A stretch of 37,040 nucleotides of DNA from Octopus bimaculoides (GCF_001194135.2 NC_068981.1:88267490-88304529), one strand, 5' to 3'. Shown: positions 22,679 to 33,794, counted from the first letter of the stretch. Made by a program: numbers and translations. The notes: generated from the sequence alone by a model not told the origin.

Positions 22679-22975
22679 CACATGATCATAAGGTTGTGAG
22701 TTCAGTTCCCAGCTGCGACACATTGTGTCCTTGAGCAAGACACTTTATTTCACATTACTCCAGTTCACTCAGCTGGCAAAAATGAGTAGTACCTGTATTT
22801 CAAAGGGCCAGCCTTGTCACACTCTGTGTCATGCTGAATCTCCCTAAAGAACTACGTTAAGGGTACACGTGTCTGTGGAGTGCTCAGCCACTTGCATGTT
22901 AATTTCACGAGCAAGCTGTTCTGTCAATCGGATCAACTGGAACTCTTGTCATCGTAACTGACGGAGTACCAGTGT
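22679..22975 (+). mobile_element. SINE family D2 (family D head and core, different 3' body)
   Basis: gtgagttcagttccc B-box-like; core ccttgagcaagacactttatttcac...cactcagctg shared with 5374-5697; 3' half differs and matches 19766-19877. Confidence 0.8.
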
Positions 22976-23294
22976 GTATATATATATCATCATCCTCATT
23001 TAATGTTTGTTGTACATGCTGGCATGGGTTAGATGGTTTGACCAGGGTTGATAAGCTGAGGGGCTAGGAATTCTGATGATCAGATGAGTTAATTTTTCTT
23101 TATTTGCATTAATTTATATTGTATAATGACTAGGATAGATATTGATGTAAACTTGTATGTGTAATTTCCTATACTGAAATTAACACTACATGGAAGAGGT
23201 TACAAAACAGCTGTAATCATATAGAAGTCATGGAAAAATACATCTCTTCACCTCTCACTTATGACCTTATGTTATATATATATGTGTGTGTATA

Positions 23295-23330
<36 letters not shown>

Positions 23331-23385
23331 TATACACACACATACATACATACATACATACATACATAAACACACACTCACACAC

Positions 23386-23525
23386 GCCAGTCTTCTTTCA
23401 GTTTTCATCTACAAAATCTACTCACATGACGTTGGCTCTGGGGCTATAGTAGAGGACACCTGCTTGAGGTGCCACACAGCGGGACCTGAACCTGGAACCA
23501 CATGGTTGGGAAGTAAACTTTTTAA
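23386..23525 (-). mobile_element. SINE family C
   Basis: cttctttcagttttcatctac...gctatagtagagg...gaacctggaaccacatggttggg. Confidence 0.8.
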
Positions 23526-24425
23526 CTCAACCTTATTGCTATGCTGGCATCTATATTGATATATATGGAAATTAGTGGGTAGGAATGGTTTACGCCTGGA
23601 GGTGTATGTTCACTTACTCTTAGACATTATTTTCTATTTTTTTTTGTTTATTTTAAGTTATTTTCATTATCATAGCAACCTGAATGAATGTCAATATTCC
23701 CTCCCCCCTGCTTTCTCTCTCTACCTATACACTTCCCATCACCACCACTACTTTGAAACGAAGGAGGGAGCTCACAGGAGTCAGCAAAACAGGGTCTAGC
23801 CCAAAGGTGCTTTTATATGGTTATTTGACATGCTAGAAATATCAACCAAATCTCAGTCATGTCATGCCATAAAACCAAAAAGAAAAAAAAAAAGAACAAA
23901 ACAAAAAAGTAGCTGGGATGGTCGAAACAGAAACACATTTGAACATAGGACTGCTTGTTCAGAGTTGCTGATCTGAGGCTGAACACAAGAACCACTACTA
24001 GCGTTGTTACCCCNNNNNNNNNNNNNNNNNNNNNNNNNNNNNNNNNNNNNNNNNNNNNNNNNNNNNNNNNNNNNNNNNNNNNNNNNNNNNNNNNNNNNNN
24101 NNNNNNNNNNNNNNNNNNNNNNNNNNNNNNNNNNNNNNNNNNNNNNNNNNNNNNNNNNNNNNNNNNNNNNNNNNNNNNNNNNNNNNNNNNNNNNNNNNNN
24201 NNNNNNNNNNNNNNNNNNNNNNNNNNNNNNNNNNNNNNNNNNNNNNNNNNNNNNNNNNNNNNNNNNNNNNNNNNNNNNNNNNNNNNNNNNNNNNNNNNNN
24301 NNNNNNNNNNNNNNNNNNNNNNNNNNNNNNNNNNNNNNNNNNNNNNNNNNNNNNNNNNNNNNNNNNNNNNNNNNNNNNNNNNNNNNNNNNNNNNNNNNNN
24401 NNNNNNNNNNNNNNNNNNNNNNNNN

Positions 24426-24468
<43 letters not shown>

Positions 24469-24559
24469 GATAAGGATTTTTGTGATGGTAGTGTGTTTGT
24501 ACGTGTGTCAATGTTTTTGGTTTCTGCTTTTTAAATGTCAGCAATGCCATTCTTTTGGG

Positions 24560-24596
<37 letters not shown>

Positions 24597-25018
24597 GCGT
24601 GCGTGCGTGTGTGAAGGAATGTGCTTATGTGGTTGTGTATGCATGTCTGTGAGGGTAGTACTCAACATAAACAAAATGGGGTTAGCAAAGATTATACATA
24701 TAAAAGACAATGAGGATGGCAATGCCGATGATGATGAGGAGGAGGTAGTAGGTAGTAATGGTAGTAATAATATATATATATATCCAATGGAAATAAAATG
24801 AAACAAGACAAAAATAGTTAAGGAATAATAAAATAGATGAGCAAACAAAATAATAAGGTCTCCAGGATTAAACCCATTGATGGCTATAGGATAGAGTAGG
24901 GTAAGATAGGGCTGCGTGCTGCTACTACTGCTTTGCATTTTGTTATCTTTGTAGCCCATTCTCAAATATAGTACGTATGAATATACAGATTATATCAGAT
25001 TTATATATATATATACAT

Positions 25019-25065
<47 letters not shown>

Positions 25066-25558
25066 CCGCATGGCCTTTTCCGTTTGTTTTCCTGTCTTGT
25101 TTTCTTTTCCGTTTGTTTTCCTGTCTTGTTTTTTGTCCGCCACTNNNNNNNNNNNNNNNNNNNNNNNNNNNNNNNNNNNNNNNNNNNNNNNNNNNNNNNN
25201 NNNNNNNNNNNNNNNNNNNNNNNNNNNNNNNNNNNNNNNNNNNNNNNNNNNNNNNNNNNNNNNNNNNNNNNNNNNNNNNNNNNNNNNNNNNNNNNNNNNN
25301 NNNNNNNNNNNNNNNNNNNNNNNNNNNNNNNNNNNNNNNNNNNNNNNNNNNNNNNNNNNNNNNNNNNNNNNNNNNNNNNNNNNNNNNNNNNNNNNNNNNN
25401 NNNNNNNNNNNNNNNNNNNNNNNNNNNNNNNNNNNNNNNNNNNNNNNNNNNNNNNNNNNNNNNNNNNNNNNNNNNNNNNNNNNNNNNNNNNNNATATACA
25501 GGTAGACGTAGGTATGCACACAGCTGTACGTATATGTGCATATACTCATTTATTATTT

Positions 25559-25597
<39 letters not shown>

Positions 25598-26360
25598 TGA
25601 TGGAATCGCCAGTTGATGATGAATGTTTGACAGTTTGGTTTTAGCTGAAGGACCTGCACAAGTGATTTGTTTACAGTGATCAAATGTATGTGTTGTACAT
25701 TCGCTCACTTTCTCCGTCAAATCGACATTGCCTAAACAGATGCACAGTGTACCTTTTGTATCCTTGGTTGTGGATATATGGTTTTAACGAAGCAGGGGTA
25801 AAGCAATGTATACACAGATGTAACTTCTGATTACCAACACATGAGACACCAATGCCTTCCTCTTCCTAACGAGACATGTTAGTTGCTCTTTAGAGTTTGA
25901 TGAGTCCACCTTCTAATCACAGAGGGGTATTAATGTCTATCATCACAAAAATGCCACAAATCAGGTATCTTAAGTAATTGCAGAGCAATATGAAATGAAG
26001 TATATATTAGTGATAGAGTGGTTAATCACAGCACCAGTGCCTGTTATGACACCGTTTTTCTATAATTGCTGGTGAGGAGATGAGTCACTGTTATCTCTAA
26101 TGGTCAAGCGTCCATCATTAACAAGACCAAGGAAGGTCAAAATCAGAAGCATCACTGTTTTTAATGTGATTTACTGTCAGTTGAAGCACACAATAAATCA
26201 CATTGTGTATGTTGGTAATTTGGCTTAGAGTTGGTGATTGTGCAGAATAATCTAACACACGGCGCCAATTACAATATATAAGGATGTAAAAGAGAAATCT
26301 GAATTAAATTTCTGTTTTTTGGGGGTTGTTACTTATTTTACGTGGCAGGTTTAAATGAAA

Positions 26361-26545
26361 TCTTTTCTCTTTTATCTTTTTACTTGTTTCAGTCACTAGA
26401 CTGTGATTATGCTGGGGCACCACCTTGGAGGGTTTTAGTTGAACGAATTGACTCCAGTACTTATTTTAAAGTCTGGTACTTATTTTATTGGTCTCTTTTG
26501 CTAAACTGTTAAGTTATAGGTACATAAGCAAACCAATACTGGTTG
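26361..26545 (-). mobile_element. SINE-like family B
   Basis: ttacttgtttcagtcactagactg...ggtctcttttgctaaactg. Confidence 0.75.
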
Positions 26546-26572
26546 CCAAGTGGTGTTGGTGGACACATATGA

Positions 26573-26605
<33 letters not shown>

Positions 26606-26611
26606 CACACA

Positions 26612-26975
26612 CGTGCTGTGAAATCATAGCTGTGGCTGATGCCAGTGTCGCATACCTGGCATGTAAAAAAATCACCCTTCAAACTTCAGGCTTCACAGAG
26701 GCAATGACAAGTCACTGAGACCTTTGGCAATATACTGTGCTTGAGAAGACCTGTGAAGCCGAGTGAGATCATAGTTGTAGCCAATGCCAGTGTTTTATTA
26801 CTGGCACCCATGCCGGTAGGACATAAAAAGCACCCACTACATTCTTAGAGTGGTTGGTGTTTGGAAGAGCATCCATCCGTAGAAACCATGCCAAATCAGA
26901 CTGCAGCTCTCCAGCTTATCAGTTTTCAGTCATACCATCCAACCCATGGAAAACAGACGTTAAATGATGATGATG
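26612..26975 (+). mobile_element. Family E-related retroposon (different subfamily), (GAT)n tail
   Basis: aaaagcacccactac...gagtggttgg...gccaaatcaga...cgttaaatgatgatg; upstream repeated gccagtgt units. Confidence 0.75.
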
Positions 26976-26987
26976 TATATATGTATG

Positions 26988-27021
<34 letters not shown>

Positions 27022-27027
27022 TGTATG

Positions 27028-27105
<78 letters not shown>

Positions 27106-27203
27106 NNNNNNNNNNNNNNNNNNNNNNNNNNNNNNNNNNNNNNNNNNNNNNNNNNNNNNNNNNNNNNNNNNNNNNNNNNNNNNNNNNNNNNNNNNNNNNN
27201 NNN

Positions 27204-27263
<60 letters not shown>
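26976..27263. repeat. (TATG)n-(TA)n-(CA)n microsatellite spanning a gap
   Basis: Direct reading. Confidence 0.95.
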
Positions 27264-27266
<3 letters not shown>

Positions 27267-27362
27267 GGGGCTACCACACAGTATCTCTCTATGAAATTCA
27301 CTCACAAAGTATTGTTTGGTCCAGGGTTCTAGTAGAAGACACCTACCCAAGGTACCACACAG
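27267..27362 (-). mobile_element. SINE family C fragment
   Basis: aaattcactcacaaag...ctagtagaagacacctacccaaggtaccacacag. Confidence 0.7.
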
Positions 27363-27828
27363 CCAGTAATATAATAGGGCCCTGTTTTCGAAATTTAAGC
27401 CTGTGTTTAGGTTGAAAGGAATCATTTTAGATGTCTGAGGTTACACTTCTGATGTAATGTTTCTATTACTTTCACAATATACAGAATAAATAAACAGAAC
27501 TCCCCACCCCCACCCGACTTGTACTTAAAGACCATCATTTCCTTTATCAGTTAATTATGAGTTGTCAATGTGATTTATGTACATTTTTATTTCATATTGC
27601 ATTATTTATGCATGAATTGTTTCAAAGAGTGAAAACAGGGGCTATTGACTCGAGACTGTTATTCCTATCACTTCTTTTTCTGAAGATAACAGTTGATTAA
27701 GTGAGGATGGTATAGGATTATGTCGTTAATTTTTTTTTCCCCCTTTTTTTTTCCCCTTTTTTTCCCCCCCTTTTTTTTTTCAATAAGTAACATTCACTGA
27801 TATTTTGTTGCTTTAGACTAGCAGCTTT

Positions 27829-28068
27829 AATTATTATGATGATGATTAACTATTGAGGTGATTTTAGTAATCATAGTTCTCATTATGATTCTTGTCATCA
27901 TCATCATCATCATCATCATCATTATCAGTTGTTGCAGTACCAATATAACCATCACCACCATCACTACCACTGCCGCAACTGCCACCATCACCACCACCAC
28001 AGCCACAGCCGCCGCCGCTGCCGCTGCCGCCGCCGCTGCCGCTGCCGCCGCCGCCACCACCGCCACCA
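27829..28068. repeat. Compound trinucleotide array (ATT)-(GAT)-(CAT)-(CAC)-(GCC/GCT)
   Basis: Direct reading; explains the poly-A/I/G/D ORFs 27827-28109. Confidence 0.9.
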
Positions 28069-28284
28069 GTTTTCTTGAACTTAATTTTTGTATTGTTTTG
28101 TGAATTCAACTTTAGGATTGACTGATATATAAATAGTGAAACTGAATCAGACTTCTATATCAAAATTACGATCTCTCAATCATCAGACCATTATGTTCTT
28201 TCTATATGTTATTGGTCTAATTTATTTTAGAATGTAAATAGCAGCTCTTCATATCTTTGTAATTAAATTGACACATTTTTTTTG

Positions 28285-28807
28285 CCTGAAATTGAAATCG
28301 AACTAAATTCGATGACTGGACCCCATGCCAACGTCTCCTCCATTGGACACTAAACTCTGCTTGCGAAGACCTGTTGGGGCAAGCGAAAGCGAAATCGTGT
28401 TGGCACCGCCGTTCGAGCATGATCGTTACCAGTGTCGCCTTCCTGGCATTTGTGCTGCAGCTTCACGTTCCTGGCACTTGTACCGGTGGCACATGAAAAG
28501 TCATTCGAGCGAGATCGTTGCCAGTGCCGCTGAACTGGCTCCTGTGCAGGTGGCACGTAAAATACACCATTCCGAGCATGGCTGTTGCCAGTACCACCTG
28601 ACTGGCCTTCGTGTCGGTGGCACGTAAAAGCACCCACTACATTCTCGGAGTGGTTGGCGTTAGGAAGGGCATTCAGCTGTAGAAACTCTGCCAAATCAGA
28701 TTGGAGCCTGGTGTAGCCATCTGGTTCACCAGTCCTCAGTCAAATTGTCCAACCCATACTAGCATGGAAAGCGGACGTTAAACAATGATGATGATGATGA
28801 TGATGAC
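28285..28807 (+). mobile_element. Family E retroposon with internal ~65-nt subrepeats and RTE-like (GAT)n tail
   Basis: Absent from the paralogous segment near 31100; CpG-rich; 3' half highly similar to 32446-32730 and 30633-30829. Confidence 0.85.
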
Positions 28808-28969
28808 TTAAGATTTTCTTGTTTATGTGTATCTGTGTCTTTTCTCTTACATCTGTTGCTATGTGTGATTAGCTCAGTTCCACTTCAAGTTATTTGAAGT
28901 GATAGAATCTCTAATATTTGGTTACTGTCTAATCTACTAATTTATATGTCTCCAATTAGAATAGAACCT

Positions 28970-29201
28970 TTAACCTTTTTTGATACCATATTTTTGTTGA
29001 AATATACTGCCTTTGTTTCATGTAATTTTCAAAATAATGAATAATTTAGTAAAATAATATTGTCATTATTAAGCTAATGTTTAGAATATTATTTAACATT
29101 AAATTTTGATGGAAGGCTTGAATTTAGATCTCTTTAAAACAGACGCCTTTTAGTCATAGAAGCAGAGATGGTCTTGGTTGGGTTTGTATTAAAGAGGTTA
29201 A
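28970..29201. mobile_element. piggyBac-like MITE family 2, copy 2 (TTAA TSD shown by empty site)
   Basis: TTAA-cctttttgatacc...gtattaaagagg-TTAA; the paralog has a single TTAA at 31286-31289 with matching flanks. Confidence 0.85.
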
Positions 29202-29295
29202 TAAAAAATGTTTGGATACAAAAATCCATTCATTTTAGAACCTGTTTTCTTGCTGACATCAATATGTATTGATTGTATTGATTTGGTCTGTCACT

Positions 29296-29448
29296 ATGTT
29301 CTGAGTTCAAATTCTACTGAGGTTGACTTTGCCTTTCATCCTTTTGGGGGTCAATGAAATAAGTACCAATTGAATATTGGGTTTGATGTAATCAACCATC
29401 CCACTCCCCCAAATTTCAGGCCTTGTGCCTATTGTAGAAAGGATTATT
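29296..29448 (+). mobile_element. SINE family A, 5'-truncated
   Basis: ttctgagttcaaattc...gactttgcctttcatcc...ggccttgtgcctattgtagaaaggattatt; absent from the paralog. Confidence 0.85.
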
Positions 29449-29576
29449 CTCTCAAAATATATATGTCACTTCAGATATTTAAAATTTTCGCAATATCTTG
29501 TCTTAAACTAATCTTTAAGATTTCACTGAAGTGGTTCCCTAATATTCTTAAGTAAAGACTAAAAGCAGTAAATGAG

Positions 29577-29691
29577 ACAAATGACAAATTGTTTCATAAT
29601 GGAATCTGATGTTGACATTTGTGGTATTTCACAGAATTTGAAGGTAATTTTGAATACAACACCCTAGGAATGCTTGCCATTTAAAACAATG
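29577..29691 (+). ncRNA. Candidate structured ncRNA (H/ACA-like boxes), copy 1; paralog 31546-31664
   Basis: About 94% identity core in an otherwise roughly 75% duplication; stem ACAAATG/CATTTGT, ANANNA at 29631-29636, ACA at 29686-29688. Pocket geometry is not canonical. Confidence 0.3.
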
Positions 29692-30630
29692 TAAACCAGT
29701 TTCTGTTATTCCCTTCTCCCCCTTTTTACTCAAGTGAAAAAAAAATGGGACTAGTGGTATAGATCTGATTTCTGAAATTAAATTTTTTTTGTCTGGTAAT
29801 CATACCTATAATTTATCAAGTTGAGCTGATTGTAATCCCAATAGTACCAAGATATATTCACTATAAATATCATTAAAACCAGTTTCTACCCATAGGGAGC
29901 ATCCAGCTGAAATTCTCAAACTAACTACAAATGCTAGGTCTCATAATCTTTGGTGATCTTTCGTAGTGGTAACACACCTACTACATTATCAAACCTTCAT
30001 TCTAAAGGTTACATTTATTCTTTAGGGTCAGAAAATGCGTTTTGCCTAAAGCACAATTCCAACTCACAGAGTATTATTCACAAATCTGTGATGGTACAGC
30101 TGCTATATGTACAAACATGCTAGACCACATCCCCCAAAAGGCAATAATCTAGCTGTTTAGAAAACATTCAGTTATCATCTGATACTGTTTTCTCTTTGTC
30201 TCTTCTTTGATTACTATAACAATTTGTAGTCTCTGAATTAGCAAGCTGTGTGTCATTTAATATATCTTCCTATCTTTGTCTCTTTTTTCATTCAGTCTCT
30301 TGCCAGCTAAACCCCACACTGTACTAACCAACGACCACATGAACTTCATTAGTCTGAGAGACCTTGTGGGATATTGCAGGTTTTCAAAACCAAGTAATAG
30401 TTAAAAATTATTTCTCAGTTTATATTTTCCTGTACAATAAAATTAACACAAATTAATTCTATATAGGAATATAAAGGGGGCATATATACTAGCAGTCTGT
30501 CTAAACTAATTTTGAGCTTATAAACCTCCAAGAGAACTTAATGTCTCCAACTTTTGAAGGAACCAGCTTTCTGATATTTTTAACAGAACCCTTCTTTAAA
30601 AGACAGAAATCACTGCTCATCAACCCCAAA

Positions 30631-30632
<2 letters not shown>

Positions 30633-30665
<33 letters not shown>

Positions 30666-30829
30666 TTAATGTCCACTTTCCATGCTAGCATGGGTTGGAC
30701 TATTTGACTGAGGACTGGTGAACCAGATCTCTGCACCAGGCTCCAATCTGATTTGGCAGAGTTTCTACAGCTGGATGCCCTTCCTAACGCCAACCACTCA
30801 GAGAGTGTAGTGCCAACCACTCCGAGAGT
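30633..30829 (-). mobile_element. Family E 3' part with short internal duplication
   Basis: (CAT)n then atttaatgtccactttccatgctagcatggg...; ccaaccactcXgagagt repeated at 30813-30829. Confidence 0.9.
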
Positions 30830-30904
30830 TATTTTATTTTATAAATTTTAATAAGTTTTTTTTTTACCAAAGCTGGAGCATCACTTGTTTCCTTGGCATT
30901 GTCT

Positions 30905-31685
30905 TTCTTTGTAATTTCAAATTTTAGTCAATAATTACTGATACATTAACAATGAAGCTGAACCAGGTTCAACTATTTCAAAATCATGACCCTCAAATGA
31001 TGGACCAATATATTCTTCCTGAATGTTATAGCTCTAATTTATTTTAGAGTTTAAATAGCAGCTAATTCATTCATAAATTTATCCTTAATTGGCATATCTT
31101 TTGTTATCTGATTTTCTTCATCTTGTCTGTCTGTTACAGCTTTTTGACTGTTTTACATTCTTCAGGTGGTATGCGTGATTTGCTCAGTTACATTTCAATT
31201 TTTATTTTTTCATTTGTGGTAATAAACACTTAAATATTTGATTGCTCTCTAAGCTACTTTTAAGTCTCTAATTAAAACAGAATATTTAATAAAATATTTG
31301 GATGCAAAAATCCATTAATTTTAGAATTATTGATTATTAGGTTCACCTGTTAATATTCCACCATCATGATTTATTTATTGTATCAATTTGGTCTATTCTT
31401 GGTATTGCTACTTTCTTAATATATACAAACAACTTCCAAATATTTTAAAATTTTAGTAATAGCTCCTAATCTTGCTTTAATCTTTAAAACTTCAACAGAA
31501 CAGTTCCCTAATATTCTCTAGTAAAAACGAAAAACAGTCGATGAAGCAGATGACAAATTGTTTCATAGTGGAATCTGATGTTGACATTTGTGGTATTTCA
31601 TAAAATTTGAAGGTAATTTTGAATACAACACCCAAGGAATGTCTGCCATTTAAAATGTAAAACAGTTTCTGTTGTTCCTCCTCCT
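30905..31685 (+). repeat. Local segmental duplication copy 2 (insertion-free)
   Basis: Collinear with 28095-29720 once the three insertions are removed. Confidence 0.85.
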
Positions 31686-31970
31686 TTGTTTGAATAAAAA
31701 AGGGACCAAATGATTTTGATCAGTTCTTGAATTTACATTTTTATCACTGATCACCACACACCTTCCATATGAGTTTTATTTTTTTCTTTATTTTTAAACT
31801 TTAAATTTTAAGATAAATTGGTTTCCTTTAACAACAACTGGCCTACCTCCAGCTAATATAGCTTATGGCACCACACCCACAAAATAATAACTCAAAATAT
31901 TTTCTCATTAGCACTATTTTTTTGACCCCACAAACCAGCAAATCTCATAACAGTTTCAGTTTTGCTTTTC

Positions 31971-32001
<31 letters not shown>

Positions 32002-32445
32002 TTACATGTGTGCATGTGATATATTAAATACGTTATAATATAGGTGGCTAAAGCAATTAAAAACCAAAAAGGTAGGATACATAAATAAGGGTGCAAAATA
32101 GCACCTACAATTGCTAGAAATATATATATATATATANNNNNNNNNNNNNNNNNNNNNNNNNNNNNNNNNNNNNNNNNNNNNNNNNNNNNNNNNNNNNNNN
32201 NNNNNNNNNNNNNNNNNNNNNNNNNNNNNNNNNNNNNNNNNNNNNNNNNNNNNNNNNNNNNNNNNNNNNNNNNNNNNNNNNNNNNNNNNNNNNNNNNNNN
32301 NNNNNNNNNNNNNNNNNNNNNNNNNNNNNNNNNNNNNNNNNNNNNNNNNNNNNNNNNNNNNNNNNNNNNNNNNNNNNNNNNNNNNNNNNNNNNNNNNNNN
32401 NNNNNNNNNNNNNNNNNNNNNNNNNNNNNNNNNNNNNNNNNNNNN

Positions 32446-32730
32446 CATTGCCAGTGCCGCTGGACTGGCTTCTGTGCAGATGGCACATAAAATACACCAT
32501 TTTGAGCGTGGCCATTGCCAGTACCACCTGACTGGCCTTCGTGCCGGTGACATGTAAAAGCACCCACTACACTCTCTGAGTGGTTGGCATTAGGAAGGGC
32601 ATCCAGCTGTAGAAACTCTGCCAAATCAGATTGGAGCCTGGTGTAGCCATCTGGTTCACCAGTCCTCAGTCAAATCGTTCAGCCCATGCTAGCATGGAAA
32701 GCGGATGTTAAACGATGATGATGATGATGA
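32446..32730 (+). mobile_element. Family E retroposon, 5' end lost in gap
   Basis: Closely matches 28520-28805 and ends in (GAT)n. Confidence 0.9.
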
Positions 32731-33159
32731 TATATATGTATATAAATGACTTCCGTTATATCATACTACACTAGATTAATTATGATTTCTACAGACAAAG
32801 TAGACGCAGGGCTTGGTTTTCTTACTTTTCTTTTCTTTCTTCTCATTCCACTTTTTGCATCAACCTCCTTCTCATTTTTCTTCTTGATTTTTCTCATGTT
32901 TTCTCCTAGACCAGTGTCCTGGTTTTTAAATAGGACTAACAACATCCACTGAGCCTGAAAGATGGCTTGGAGACATATGGCATGCTAAATAAATCTGCCA
33001 AATTATTGTATCTCTACAGCATGGAACTATTAGTAGCCCTCTTTTAAATTCTCCGTAACATTAAATAATGTGTGTGTGTGTGTGTGCGTGCATCCATGTG
33101 CATATGCGTGCAACTGTTGACATTCCATAGTTTCACTAATCACCATCTGAGCGAAACAG

Positions 33160-33264
33160 TGATGTTAAGTTTACACTCCCTGTTGACATTATGACCACCC
33201 ACTCTATGCAATTGAAGGCCAGTAGTTGGTCATAATGTCACCAGGGAGTGTAAACATTACATCA
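33160..33264. repeat. Inverted repeat, 38-bp arms and 29-nt spacer
   Basis: tgatgttaagtttacactccctgttgacattatgacca vs tggtcataatgtcaccagggagtgtaaacattacatca. Confidence 0.9.
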
Positions 33265-33372
33265 GGCCGTAAAATGTTGCTTCAAATATGTTACCAGCTC
33301 AACTCAAGCAAGCGTTGAGTAACGGATGTTAGTTAAATGAACAAATGATTACACACTCACTCAAACACACAT

Positions 33373-33423
<51 letters not shown>

Positions 33424-33426
<3 letters not shown>

Positions 33427-33570
33427 CAGGTTTTCTTACAATTTCTGTCCACCAAATTCCACTTACGAGATGTTGTTTAGCTCAGTGTTATGGTAGAAGA
33501 CCCTTGGTTACGGTGTTATGCTGTGGATTGAACCCAAAACTACATCATTACAAAGCAAAATTCATAACTA
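33424..33570 (-). mobile_element. Old SINE family C copy
   Basis: gacaggttttc...ccaaattccacttac...ggtagaagaccc...ggattgaaccc. Confidence 0.6.
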
Positions 33571-33794
33571 TTCTTCTACCCACTTCCGTAATATTACAAA
33601 GTTGATGGCCTTAGTTTTGCTTTAGTTCCAATACAATGTGTGTTATGAGTAAATATCTATAGAGAATCATTTTTATTTGTGATGTGTAGCCATTTATCTC
33701 CTTTACTGCAAAACACCTGTTTCTGTCCCCTATCATTCTTTAATCTCTCATCACCTGACACAAAGCCACCACCCTCAATACTACTCCTCTTTCC

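Larger units (their letters stand above)
28095..29720 (+). repeat. Local segmental duplication copy 1 (carries 3 TE insertions)
   Basis: Collinear by eye with 30905-31685: ctaatttattttagaXXtaaatagcagct; tttggatXcaaaaatccatt; atgacaaattgtttcata...ccatttaaa. Confidence 0.85.

Noticed and set aside
27827-28109. Poly-Ala, Gly/Asp-rich and poly-Ile ORFs
   Set aside because: All frames are products of trinucleotide repeats, with no splice or domain support.
28412-28630. Regularly spaced repeats suggestive of a CRISPR-like array
   Set aside because: The units are degenerate, lack unique spacers and sit inside a eukaryotic retroposon.
28325-28694. 100-114 aa ORFs (MPTSPP..., MAEFLQL...) repeated at 32446-32624
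   Set aside because: They lie within family E repeat copies and are open because of high GC, not gene coding.
29592-29678. Minus-strand 28-aa ORF shared by both duplicates (MASIPRVLYSKLPSN...)
   Set aside because: Differences between the copies are mostly non-synonymous, so openness just reflects DNA identity.
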